56,111 nucleotides of DNA, taken from the IMG/VR virus record IMGVR_UViG_3300045996_001685, positions 1 through 56,111 of that record. One strand, given 5' to 3'. This document shows, in pieces, positions 38,694 through 46,605 of the stretch. Position 1 is the stretch's first letter, and each line of letters opens with the position of its first letter. The stretch is from a virus (lineage: Duplodnaviria; Caudoviricetes). Under the pieces are notes generated by a model. It did no database searches. It saw only the letters and a program-made list of their open reading frames with translations, and was not told where the DNA came from. A program made the position numbers and the translations under genes.

Positions 38694-38920
38694 GGACCCA
38701 CCCCGGCGCCAAAGCACGCAAACCGGGCGTGCTCGAATAGGTCGAACCAGTAGGCGACGCCCATCCCGGCGGCGAACGCGGCGCACATGGGCGAGAACAG
38801 CTCACGAAACGCCCGGGACTGCGCGAAATGGAGCTGGCGCTGCAGGGTTGCAATCTCGGCCTCGGCCTCGGCCAGCGGGTCGCGGGGATGCACGACCGGA
38901 CTCCAGAGTCGGACGGTCAT
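38690..38920 (-). CDS. Small membrane protein
   Basis: Coiled coil then hydrophobic segment; ATGA coupling. Confidence 0.55.
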   Translation of the reverse strand: MTVRLWSPVVHPRDPLAEAEAEIATLQRQLHFAQSRAFRELFSPMCAAFAAGMGVAYWFDLFEHARFACFGAGVGP

Positions 38921-39069
38921 CCGATCGCCCTCCACACGCCCCACCCGATCAGCGCATACAGGAGCGCTGAGGCTGCTAGGCCGCGGACCAAGCCGTGAAA
39001 GAACCGTACCTCGTCCTCGACCGGACGTGGCGGCAGTACTACGTCACCAAGCAAGCGTGTGATGATCAC
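38917..39069 (-). CDS. Small membrane protein (not in ORF track)
   Basis: Manual translation MIITRLLGDVVLPPRPVEDEVRFFHGLVRGLAASALLYALIGWGVWRAIG; overlaps both neighbours by 4 nt. Confidence 0.55.
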   Translation of the reverse strand: MIITRLLGDVVLPPRPVEDEVRFFHGLVRGLAASALLYALIGWGVWRAIG

Positions 39070-39416
39070 CGGACGCCCTCCTGAAAATAGGCGTTGGCCT
39101 CTCTGAGGTTGCCTGCGATGAGCTCGAGCAGCGCCCGAAATGCCTCGTCGGACTCCGAGCTCGCCGGCAACCCCCTCATAATGGCTTGGTAGCGCACAAG
39201 GTCGGCTTGTAACTCCCCCAACCTAGCGCTGCGGTCGGCGGCAGGCGGATGCGGTGCGGGCGCTTCGTCCATCGCCGCGGCCCCTTCAAACGCGAGTTGC
39301 CGTATTATGTTTAGCCGGCTGTGTAGCGTAAGGAGGTTTTCGGAGCTGGAGTTGCTAGGAGGGAGGGCTCGGGTTGCGTTGTCGTGGATTCGCCTGAAGG
39401 CTTCTCTCGCGTTCAT
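39066..39416 (-). CDS. Hypothetical helical protein
   Basis: SD AAAGGA. Confidence 0.6.
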   Translation of the reverse strand: MNAREAFRRIHDNATRALPPSNSSSENLLTLHSRLNIIRQLAFEGAAAMDEAPAPHPPAADRSARLGELQADLVRYQAIMRGLPASSESDEAFRALLELIAGNLREANAYFQEGVR

Positions 39417-39427
39417 CCTTAGTCCTT

Positions 39428-40087
39428 TCACGCAGCTGGCAGCGTCGAGGCGAGCGCCTGGAGACGGCGGTCGAGATTGGTTTGCGAGGTGGTGCGGCCG
39501 TCCTTGCGCTGGACGTCTTCAAGCCGGGCAGCGTGGCGGAGCTCGGGCAGCCCGGCAGCGATGGCGGCCTCAACCTCCTCCCGCGAGCTCGCGCGGCCGG
39601 CCGTGAACCACATAACGTCGGTGGCCGTCGCGACCTGGAGCAGCGCTTGCCCGCCAGCGTTAAGCACTCGGTAACCCCTCGTCACCCACACACACGCCAC
39701 GTTTGGCGCTCGCACAGGATCGCCGTTCGGCGCGCCCGAGAACGTCCGGCTCTGGCGGTCGCGGAGGTGGGGGCATTGCGTGGCCGCGTATTCGGCGCAC
39801 TCCCGATGGGACGGGGGCGAGACGGTCACGCGTGTGAGCGGCAGTAGCGGCCCGGACACGAACGCCAGAAAGCCGCCGAGTGCCTCGCCGCAAGTCCAGC
39901 ACTTGTGACCGCGGACCGCGCGGTGCCACCTCTCCGAGGTGACCGACCGATAGTCGGCGACCCCGGCCTCGATGGCAAACCACGGCACCGGCCGGCCTTG
40001 GTCGTCGCGGGGCAACCGCTTGATGCGGAGCGGGGCGTCGAGGTTGCCTGCTCGGTGGGTCGTCCACCCGCTGCAGTCATGAATCAT
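39428..40087 (-). CDS. Conserved-looking Zn-binding hypothetical protein
   Basis: GRPVPWF, CWTCG, PPSHRECAEYA..CPHL. Confidence 0.75.
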   Translation of the reverse strand: MIHDCSGWTTHRAGNLDAPLRIKRLPRDDQGRPVPWFAIEAGVADYRSVTSERWHRAVRGHKCWTCGEALGGFLAFVSGPLLPLTRVTVSPPSHRECAEYAATQCPHLRDRQSRTFSGAPNGDPVRAPNVACVWVTRGYRVLNAGGQALLQVATATDVMWFTAGRASSREEVEAAIAAGLPELRHAARLEDVQRKDGRTTSQTNLDRRLQALASTLPAA

Positions 40088-40457
40088 CGGAGGCCGCCTT
40101 GAGGAGGTGGTCGACGGGGACCTCGCCGGGGAAGAGATGGGCGGCGAGTTGGTCGCGGAGCTCGCGGTGCCCCTGTGCGTCTTGCTGAAGCCACTTCGCC
40201 GAGTTCGTCTGCGGCGGATCTTGTTTCAAAGCCTCCTTGGCGAGACGGTCGAGCCACACGAAGTCGTAATTAGCTCCAGCCCAAAGCCGAAGCGCGAGGT
40301 GGCGCGGTATGACGACCTCGCACGGGTCGTGGGGCCGGCCGGGCGGGCGCTTGTCGTGCATCGCCCGGTAGACCTCGACGACCACGCCGCTGAGATCGGG
40401 AGCGCTCGACGCCTCGTGCGCCGCTACGCCAGCGTCAATCATGGCCTTGGTTATCAT
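40077..40457 (-). CDS. Hypothetical protein
   Basis: ITKAMIDAG motif common in small phage proteins. Confidence 0.6.
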   Translation of the reverse strand: MITKAMIDAGVAAHEASSAPDLSGVVVEVYRAMHDKRPPGRPHDPCEVVIPRHLALRLWAGANYDFVWLDRLAKEALKQDPPQTNSAKWLQQDAQGHRELRDQLAAHLFPGEVPVDHLLKAASDDS

Positions 40458-40692
40458 CTTCGGTCCTAAGCTGGAGTTCGGGTGCCCACGCCTCTTGCGC
40501 TAGCTGGGTTGTCGCCTCTTGCAGCGCATCCCGCAGCCGCATCATCGCGAGTTCGGCGGGGGCGGAGAGCATGTGCCAGCCGCACGCTTGCTCGGCGATC
40601 ATCGAGTCTATCATGGCGACCCGGTGGGCGGCCTCCTTGACCGACCGTGTTGCCTGCGCGTGAAAGTGCGGGCACGAGTTCTGCCGCGGCAT
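40435..40692 (-). CDS. Hypothetical protein
   Basis: SD GAGGAGG; TAATG coupling. Confidence 0.6.
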   Translation of the reverse strand: MPRQNSCPHFHAQATRSVKEAAHRVAMIDSMIAEQACGWHMLSAPAELAMMRLRDALQEATTQLAQEAWAPELQLRTEDDNQGHD

Positions 40693-40904
40693 TAGTCCTC
40701 CTCGTCGGGCAGGGGTTCATCCCAAAGCGTCTTCCAGGCGAGCAGTATTACCTTCCCGCCGTGCCTGTGCTGGAGCTCCAGCTCGAGCTCCCGGACGTTG
40801 GCCATCGTCATTATGGGCGGGAAATCGGTGCTGCAGTTCAGAAGCCGGTCGACACCTCCGACCTTGTGCGCGAAGGACACAAACATCTTGTGACGCGGCC
40901 TCAT
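40692..40904 (-). CDS. Hypothetical protein
   Basis: ATGA coupling. Confidence 0.55.
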   Translation of the reverse strand: MRPRHKMFVSFAHKVGGVDRLLNCSTDFPPIMTMANVRELELELQHRHGGKVILLAWKTLWDEPLPDEED

Positions 40905-41200
40905 TCGCCGCGCGCCTTGGCGATGGCAGCACGGGCGGCTTCTAGAGCCTTCGCAAGGTTAGGCGTGCAGTCATCGGGGTGCTTGTTCGCCGCTTTGGTA
41001 AGCAGTTTTAGCGCCGCCAGTAGATCAGGCGCTGCCGCCATCAAGCGGGCGTTGGCCTCGGCGCTTTGTCCGTCCGCGTCCGGCTTGTAGGCGCGGCCCA
41101 GCACCTCTCCATGTGCGAACAGGCAGAGAAAGGGGGCATCGTGGGGGCCGCTACGCAAAACGCGCTCGTGCGACCACGGACCGGGAGTGTGCGAGATCAT
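40901..41200 (-). CDS. Hypothetical phage protein (HTPGPW / ANARLMAAAPDLL family)
   Basis: Widely recurring phage motif. Confidence 0.8.
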   Translation of the reverse strand: MISHTPGPWSHERVLRSGPHDAPFLCLFAHGEVLGRAYKPDADGQSAEANARLMAAAPDLLAALKLLTKAANKHPDDCTPNLAKALEAARAAIAKARGE

Positions 41201-41454
41201 ATCCACATTTCTCCGCGCATCTCGGCCTGCCGACGGGCAGCCGCGGCGCTCAGAGGGAAGTCGGCCGGGGGGTTGAAGTCGTCGAGAACGTGGGCCGCGA
41301 TGGCCTCGAGGACGGCGGCGTCAAACGACTCGCGGGGGTCGAGCGGTCCGAAGTGGGTATCCTCATATTCGGCGACCCGGGTCGCGAAATCCTGATTCAT
41401 CAGCCGCAGCGCGTGCGCGCTAAAGCCGGGGGCGTTCTTCGGGGTAAAGCGCAT
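41197..41454 (-). CDS. Hypothetical protein
   Basis: SD AAGGAGG. Confidence 0.7.
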   Translation of the reverse strand: MRFTPKNAPGFSAHALRLMNQDFATRVAEYEDTHFGPLDPRESFDAAVLEAIAAHVLDDFNPPADFPLSAAAARRQAEMRGEMWI

Positions 41455-41512
41455 CTAAGCCTCCTTGCTGGTCGTCAGGTTGCCGCCCCCAGTAGGGGAC
41501 GGCGCGAGACGG

Positions 41513-41686
41513 TCAGCGGCAGGTAAAGCCGTGCTCAGCGTAGAAGTGGTTAAGGCTCAGCGTTATGAAGTACACCCAGCCCGTCATGACGTTAGTATGG
41601 ACAGAGTTGAATTGCCCCTGACGGGGAGTCTGCTTCAGCCAATCGTTGGTAAAGTTCAGCCATGCAACCGCGTTGGAATTCTGCAC
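41513..41686 (-). CDS. Small lower-GC hypothetical protein (not in ORF track)
   Basis: SD AGGAGAG, GTG start; MQNSNAVAWLNFTNDWLKQ..HGFTCR. Confidence 0.6.
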   Translation of the reverse strand: MQNSNAVAWLNFTNDWLKQTPRQGQFNSVHTNVMTGWVYFITLSLNHFYAEHGFTCR

Positions 41687-41710
41687 GTTGTCTCTCCTAG
41701 CGTGAGGGTG

Positions 41711-42112
41711 TCAGGCGGCGCGGGTCGAGAGGAGGCGCTTCCCCTCTAGTGCGTCTATCGCGGCGCCGAGCTCGGGGGCTGCGGTCGCCAGCTTGCGGGC
41801 GAGGTCCTTGCGGACCTCCGTGCGGACAACGCCCTTGCCGGCGCGCCTCAGCAGAAAGTACCTCTTCGTGGGATGCATCCCGTATTTGTCGCCGAGGGTT
41901 AGGCGAGCCTGCACGAGCACGGTCGAGCCGCGCAGGTCGTACGCGTCATAGTTGAGGCAGCTACCGCGGCCCTTCTTGTCGAACGCGATATAGGGGGCGT
42001 CCAGCTTGCCGGTTTTGACGGCGAGGGCGACGATCGCGCTCGCGGCGTCGAGGACCTCGCGAGGTCCGGTGAGCTCGCCGAAGCGTCCGCGGGTCGGATA
42101 GGTGGTGGTCAT
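41711..42112 (-). CDS. Hypothetical basic protein
   Basis: SD AAGGA; MTTTYPTRGRFGEL. Confidence 0.7.
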   Translation of the reverse strand: MTTTYPTRGRFGELTGPREVLDAASAIVALAVKTGKLDAPYIAFDKKGRGSCLNYDAYDLRGSTVLVQARLTLGDKYGMHPTKRYFLLRRAGKGVVRTEVRKDLARKLATAAPELGAAIDALEGKRLLSTRAA

Positions 42113-42137
42113 CTCGGGATTCCTTGTCGGAGGTGGT

Positions 42138-42157
42138 GCCCCGGCCGAAGCCGGGGC
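42138..42157 (-). promoter_or_regulatory. Intergenic cUUCGg tetraloop hairpin
   Basis: GCCCCGGC-TTCG-GCCGGGGC on - strand, perfect 8 bp stem. Confidence 0.75.
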
Positions 42158-42164
42158 GGGAGGG

Positions 42165-42422
42165 TCAAGGGTACTGGTAACTGTAATGCCGCTCCGAGAA
42201 CTGCTGAGCCTTGCGGGCCTTCTCGAAAGCCGCTTCCAAGCGGGCCATTTTCTCGAACGCGGCGGCCGTCTCTTCTGGGTTGCTGGGGTTGAACTGCCGC
42301 CACTCGGTATGCATGAAGGTTGTGAATGCTGCGGCGGCCGCGCGCCGTGCCTTGAAAGCTTCCTGCGGAGTCGGCGTCGCCTTCGCCTCTGCCATCCGCC
42401 TCTCTGCTGCCATCGTTGCCAT
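42165..42422 (-). CDS. First gene of leftward early operon, hypothetical
   Basis: SD GAGGGAG; just downstream of leftward promoter. Confidence 0.7.
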   Translation of the reverse strand: MATMAAERRMAEAKATPTPQEAFKARRAAAAAFTTFMHTEWRQFNPSNPEETAAAFEKMARLEAAFEKARKAQQFSERHYSYQYP

Positions 42423-42449
42423 CTCGTCGTCTCCCTCGCTGGAGACCAG

Positions 42450-42478
42450 ACCATAGGGAAAGCGTTTCCGCTTAGCAA
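42450..42478 (-). promoter_or_regulatory. Leftward sigma70 promoter with operator-like palindrome in spacer
   Basis: TTGCTA-N17-TATGGT; GGAAA-GCG-TTTCC at 42457-42469. Confidence 0.7.
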
Positions 42479-42526
42479 GCCTAAATCGCACTTCCCCGCA
42501 AAAAAAATTGCCTGTATACAGAGCGG

Positions 42527-42766
42527 ATGGAACACGATGGCTTTCAACGGTGGCGGACCTGGATGGGCTGGACGCAAGACAGGGCCGCGAAGGCGCTTGG
42601 GGTCACCCCGCGCACTGTCCGCAACTATGAACAGGGGAAGCAAGACGTTCCCCAAGCGGTTGCGCTGGCGTGCTGGGCATTGATGCGAGGAGTAAGAGAG
42701 TTTGACGGACCAGCTCTAGAAGAGATTGGGGCCGCCACACCTCCCGATTTGCAAGCATCGTCGTGA
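42527..42766 (+). CDS. XRE-family HTH regulator (Cro/CI-like, no S24 domain)
   Basis: MGWTQDRAAKALGVTPRTVRNYEQG. Confidence 0.92.
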   Translation: MEHDGFQRWRTWMGWTQDRAAKALGVTPRTVRNYEQGKQDVPQAVALACWALMRGVREFDGPALEEIGAATPPDLQASS

Positions 42767-42908
42767 CGGCTTACGACTCGATGCGTGCGCCGAGTTCCCG
42801 CGCGTAGCGGGATGTATCAACCAGCCATGAAAGGCTTGCGCCATGCTCTAGCATTCGTGCTACCACACTCACGCACCCTAGGTGCCTGTAGTACCTCCCT
42901 GACACTTG

Positions 42909-42939
42909 CGCGGCGGCTTACACCCGTCGCGTTTTTTTT
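42909..42939 (+). terminator. Intrinsic terminator
   Basis: CGCGGCGG-N7-CCGTCGCG followed by T8. Confidence 0.8.
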
Positions 42940-42959
42940 CGTCCACAGAAAGGTCAAGC

Positions 42960-43211
42960 ATGACTGACTCCTTCACCAGAAAGCCGCGTGAGCGCGACGA
43001 AGCCAAGAAGGCGGCCGCTGAGCACTGGCGCGACGCTTACACGTTCCCGACGCCCTCCAAGATCGCCGTCGTGATCGCTGACTTGCACGCCCGCGGTCGC
43101 GACAAGTTCGGCGCCGAGGATTGGGCCAAGCTAACGGCCGAGCCTGCCACGCCGCCGGCCACGGCTCCGGTCGCGCGCCGTGCCCCAAAGGGCGAGCCTG
43201 AGGCCGCCTAG
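42960..43211 (+). CDS. Hypothetical protein
   Basis: SD GAAAGG. Confidence 0.65.
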   Translation: MTDSFTRKPRERDEAKKAAAEHWRDAYTFPTPSKIAVVIADLHARGRDKFGAEDWAKLTAEPATPPATAPVARRAPKGEPEAA

Positions 43212-43229
43212 AGCATCGAGGAGGTTGCC

Positions 43230-43718
43230 GTGTCCGATACTGTGATAGGGTCGCCCGCCTACCTAAGGGCACTCCAGCGGGCACGGCGGCACCTCGACGC
43301 CACCGCACCACCGAAGAAGGGAAACCCGATGAACGGCCACGACAAGCTTTTGCTCGTGGGGATGGTCCAAGAGCTGCAGGAACTCGACGAGCGCCGGCGG
43401 GAGCTGAGCCAACAGAAGTCGGAGATTATGCGCAACGCGGTCGACCGCGGCTTTAGTCGCGCGGCACTGCGTGAGGTGCTCCGGCGCATGAAGATGGACG
43501 CAGCCGACCGCGAAGACCACGAGCACCTCGTCGACGAGTACATGCTCGCGCTGGGCATGACTCCCCTCGAGCTCGAAATCGAGCGCGACCGGCAGGCTGC
43601 GGAGGCTACGGTTAGAGTTGAGGCAGCGGTCGAGGAGCACGCCCCTAAGCCGCCAGTGGCGAGCCGGAGCCGGCGCAAGCCGGACACGGAGCCGGTCGCC
43701 GCCTCCTCCCTCAACTGA
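43230..43718 (+). CDS. gapR: GapR (DUF2312) nucleoid-associated protein homolog; alternative start 43329
   Basis: ELQELDERRRELSQQKSEI..RGF....LREVL..KMD..DREDHE.LVDEY..ALGM. Confidence 0.8.
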   Translation: MSDTVIGSPAYLRALQRARRHLDATAPPKKGNPMNGHDKLLLVGMVQELQELDERRRELSQQKSEIMRNAVDRGFSRAALREVLRRMKMDAADREDHEHLVDEYMLALGMTPLELEIERDRQAAEATVRVEAAVEEHAPKPPVASRSRRKPDTEPVAASSLN

Positions 43719-43743
43719 TCATCCGCAGCTAGGGAGATAGCAA

Positions 43744-44244
43744 ATGCCGGAGCGGGCGATGGCGCTAGACCTCGGCTCTCGCGGGGTGGGTTGGGCATGG
43801 GAGAATCAATCGGGGCAAATCAGGCTCGACAGGTTCGACCGCCTTCCCGTGCCCGCCCGGCATTTCGCTATGTGCGACCTGCTCAGCGTGCGGTTGACGG
43901 ATTGGGTGTGCCAGTGCCGCCCGGACGTCGTCGTGGTCGAAAAACCCTTCTTCTCGCGGGCGACCCCGACCGCTGGCGTCGTGCTCTATCAACTCCTCGG
44001 CGCTGCCGGGGTCGTTCTGATCCGTCACCAAGTCCGCGCCGAACTCGCTTCGATATTCGACTGGCAAGCGTGGGCCAAGGAACGCGGCTGGACAAAGACC
44101 AAGGGCGACGACGCGAACGACGCTCAGTGGATACTCAAGTGGTGGGAGGACGGCGCACCTAGGCGTCCGAAGTCCCCTATGAAACGCAAAGCGAAGAAGC
44201 CGGCCGCATCCCGCGCGCCGGTCCTGCCTCTAATGGGAGTGTAG
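43744..44244 (+). CDS. RuvC-like Holliday junction resolvase
   Basis: ALDLGSRGVGWA, PDVVVVEKP, DDANDA. Confidence 0.8.
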   Translation: MPERAMALDLGSRGVGWAWENQSGQIRLDRFDRLPVPARHFAMCDLLSVRLTDWVCQCRPDVVVVEKPFFSRATPTAGVVLYQLLGAAGVVLIRHQVRAELASIFDWQAWAKERGWTKTKGDDANDAQWILKWWEDGAPRRPKSPMKRKAKKPAASRAPVLPLMGV

Positions 44245-44245
44245 T

Positions 44246-45079
44246 GTGTCGATCATCAACCGTATCGAGAAGGCAGTTACCGAGCTCGTCAGCCTCAGGA
44301 GTGCGGAGTGGCTGGCCGAGCACCTCAGCGACACGGCATGCCGCCAGCGCAAGGCGCTAGGTCGCCCGGCTCAACGTACGCGCATCAGCAAGGCCGGCCA
44401 AACCAAGCCGTGCGAGCTCGAGGGGTGCGAGAACCTGCTCACGCGCACGCCGCGGATGAGCGAAAAGCAGTGGGCCGGAAAGCACTACTGCAGCAACCTG
44501 TGCTCGGGGCTGGCGACCGCGGCCAAGCGGCGGGCGGATGCAGCCGCCACCGTCGCAACTCGACGTGAGGCCGCCGGCGCCGTTCCTTGCAAGCGGTGTG
44601 CTCGGCCGGGGTGCGTCCAGAAATTTGCCAAGCCCGCCAAGTCGACCCTGCGCCAGTGGCAGTTACAAAAATACTGCTCGGCCGCGTGCTACCACCTCCG
44701 CAACCATCCGGTCGGCGTCGAGGTGGCTAAGCCGGAGGTCCGCGAGGAGGTCCGGCCGGAGCCGGTGGTCGAGATGGTGGTCGAGGAGGCCCGGCCCGAG
44801 CCCGTCGAGGCGGAGCGGCTCGTGCCACGGGAGGTGCCAGTAGAGCCGGCGAGCTCTCCCACTGAGCCGGCAGCGGGCGACCCCTACGACGAGGCACTTC
44901 AGGACCGCATCCCCGACCTGCTCGCCCGTGGCGCCACTGACGCGATCCTGCGCCGGACCCTGCGACTCGATGCGGAGGGGCTGGCCGTCGCCCGGCGCAT
45001 CAAGCAAGAGCGCATGCTCGCCGCACGTCGGCAGCGCGACGCCAAGATGGCCGATATGTTCGTGCACAAGGGGTTCTGA
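44246..45079 (+). CDS. Double zinc-finger protein
   Basis: CELEGC..YCSNLC and CARPGC..YCSAAC repeats. Confidence 0.75.
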   Translation: MSIINRIEKAVTELVSLRSAEWLAEHLSDTACRQRKALGRPAQRTRISKAGQTKPCELEGCENLLTRTPRMSEKQWAGKHYCSNLCSGLATAAKRRADAAATVATRREAAGAVPCKRCARPGCVQKFAKPAKSTLRQWQLQKYCSAACYHLRNHPVGVEVAKPEVREEVRPEPVVEMVVEEARPEPVEAERLVPREVPVEPASSPTEPAAGDPYDEALQDRIPDLLARGATDAILRRTLRLDAEGLAVARRIKQERMLAARRQRDAKMADMFVHKGF

Positions 45080-45080
45080 G

Positions 45081-45398
45081 ATGCGTTACGCGTTCGTATG
45101 GTCATTCCTGCTCGTGGCGCCGGCCGCAGCCCAGGAGCACCCGCTGAACCACGACCCCTATACGGGCTGGCGGCAGCCGGGTGGTTTCGGCGAGTGCTGC
45201 CACCGCCAGCACTGCAGGCGGAGCAGCTACTGCCCACTGCCGGACGGCGGCGTCGGGCTGATGCTCGACGGCTCGTGCATTCCGATCCCGGAAGAACTCA
45301 TCGTGCCGCATCCCTCGCCCGACGGCTGGCCGCACATATGCGCCGAGAACGATGGCACGGTGCTGTGCGTGGTTGTGCCCGAACCGAAATCGGCATGA
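45081..45398 (+). CDS. Exported Cys-rich small protein, copy 1
   Basis: Signal peptide; YTGW..CC...C..C..PDG..HIC..VLC. Confidence 0.75.
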   Translation: MRYAFVWSFLLVAPAAAQEHPLNHDPYTGWRQPGGFGECCHRQHCRRSSYCPLPDGGVGLMLDGSCIPIPEELIVPHPSPDGWPHICAENDGTVLCVVVPEPKSA

Positions 45399-45400
45399 GC

Positions 45401-45508
45401 ATGAAACTGCCTTGCGAGTTCCGGCGCATCAAACAGGAGCGGATGCTTGCCGCACGTCGGCAGCGCGACACCCGCACGGCCGAGACATTCATTCACCGGG
45501 GGTTTTGA
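45401..45508 (+). other. Chimeric duplication-junction mini-ORF
   Basis: MKLPCEFR (like 45818) fused to RIKQERMLAARRQRD..F.H.GF (like end of 44246 gene). Confidence 0.8.
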
Positions 45509-45816
45509 TGCGCGCACGGATTGCTTTGACGTTGCTTCTGGCGTCGCCGGCTGCTGCCGACGGTTACTATACCGGCTGGACGGCACTAGACGGGACGTCC
45601 TGCTGTGATGAGAGCGACTGCGCCCCGGCCGTGTGGTCGATCGGCGAGGATGGGGTCGCATGCGTGCGGATGCCCGACGGACAGTGCATCCCCGAGCCCT
45701 ACGACCGGGAAATCCCGGTGAACCATCCAGACGGCCGGGCGCACATTTGCGCCCGCCAAGCCTATCCGCACGGTCCGTGGTTTGTCCTGTGCTGGACACC
45801 CGGCAGGGGGACCTAG
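45508..45816 (+). CDS. Exported Cys-rich small protein, copy 2
   Basis: Signal peptide; same Cys framework as 45081-45398. Confidence 0.75.
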   Translation: MRARIALTLLLASPAAADGYYTGWTALDGTSCCDESDCAPAVWSIGEDGVACVRMPDGQCIPEPYDREIPVNHPDGRAHICARQAYPHGPWFVLCWTPGRGT

Positions 45817-45817
45817 C

Positions 45818-46030
45818 ATGAAACTACCCACTGAGTTTCGGTTGCTGCGGCCAGACGAGTACGCAGAGAGCACCCTGCAAGTCTATCTAACCGTGCCCGT
45901 CCGGGACGACGAGGGGTGCTGGAGTGCCTATCCGGTCGCCGCGGCAGACATGCCGCTCGGGACCCGCGACGAGCTCGTGCGGCTGGCCACGGAGCGCGCC
46001 CGGGCGGCCGGCAGGAAGGTGAGCGGATGA
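45818..46030 (+). CDS. Hypothetical protein
   Basis: MKLPTEFR; coupled to methylase. Confidence 0.6.
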   Translation: MKLPTEFRLLRPDEYAESTLQVYLTVPVRDDEGCWSAYPVAAADMPLGTRDELVRLATERARAAGRKVSG

Positions 46031-46584
46031 GGTACAGGGTCGTCTATGCTGACCCACCATGGACGTTCGCTACCTACTCGGCCAAGGGCAAAGGCAAGAG
46101 CCCGGAGCGGCACTACCAGTGCCTCACCCTCCCCGAAATCAAGGCGCTGCCCGTCGCCGAGCTCGCGGCCGACGATTGCGCCTTGTTTCTGTGGGTGACC
46201 ATGCCGACGCTGCCGCAAGGGCTCGAGGTTATCCGGTCGTGGGGGTTTACCTACAAATCCCGGGCGTTCTGCTGGGCCAAGCTCACCAGAACCGGCAAGC
46301 AATGGCATTTTGGGTGCGGTTACTCGACCCGCAAGAACCCCGAGGATTGCCTGCTAGCCACGCGTGGCCGACCGCGCGTGCTCGACCGGGGGGTGCCCGA
46401 GCTCATCGTGGCGCCCGTGCGGGAGCACAGCCGCAAGCCCGACGAAGCGCGCCAGCGTATCGAGCGGCTCTTCGCCGGGCCGCGCGTGGAGCTCTTCGCC
46501 CGCCAGCGCTGGCCGGGTTGGGAGGTGAGGATGTCCGATCAGCCCGAGCACTTCGCAGAAGTAACGAACCAAGCAACCCTTTAA
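46027..46584 (+). CDS. MT-A70 family N6-adenine methyltransferase
   Basis: YADPPW, LFLW, WGF.YK, EHSRKP, ELFAR..PGW. Confidence 0.95.
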   Translation: MRYRVVYADPPWTFATYSAKGKGKSPERHYQCLTLPEIKALPVAELAADDCALFLWVTMPTLPQGLEVIRSWGFTYKSRAFCWAKLTRTGKQWHFGCGYSTRKNPEDCLLATRGRPRVLDRGVPELIVAPVREHSRKPDEARQRIERLFAGPRVELFARQRWPGWEVRMSDQPEHFAEVTNQATL

Positions 46585-46605
46585 CACACCACGGGAGAGC
46601 AAAAG

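Noticed and set aside
42512-42521. LexA/SOS box at CTGTATACAG
   Set aside because: Spacing does not fit CTGT-N8-ACAG, and it is not the alphaproteobacterial GTTC-N7-GTTC type
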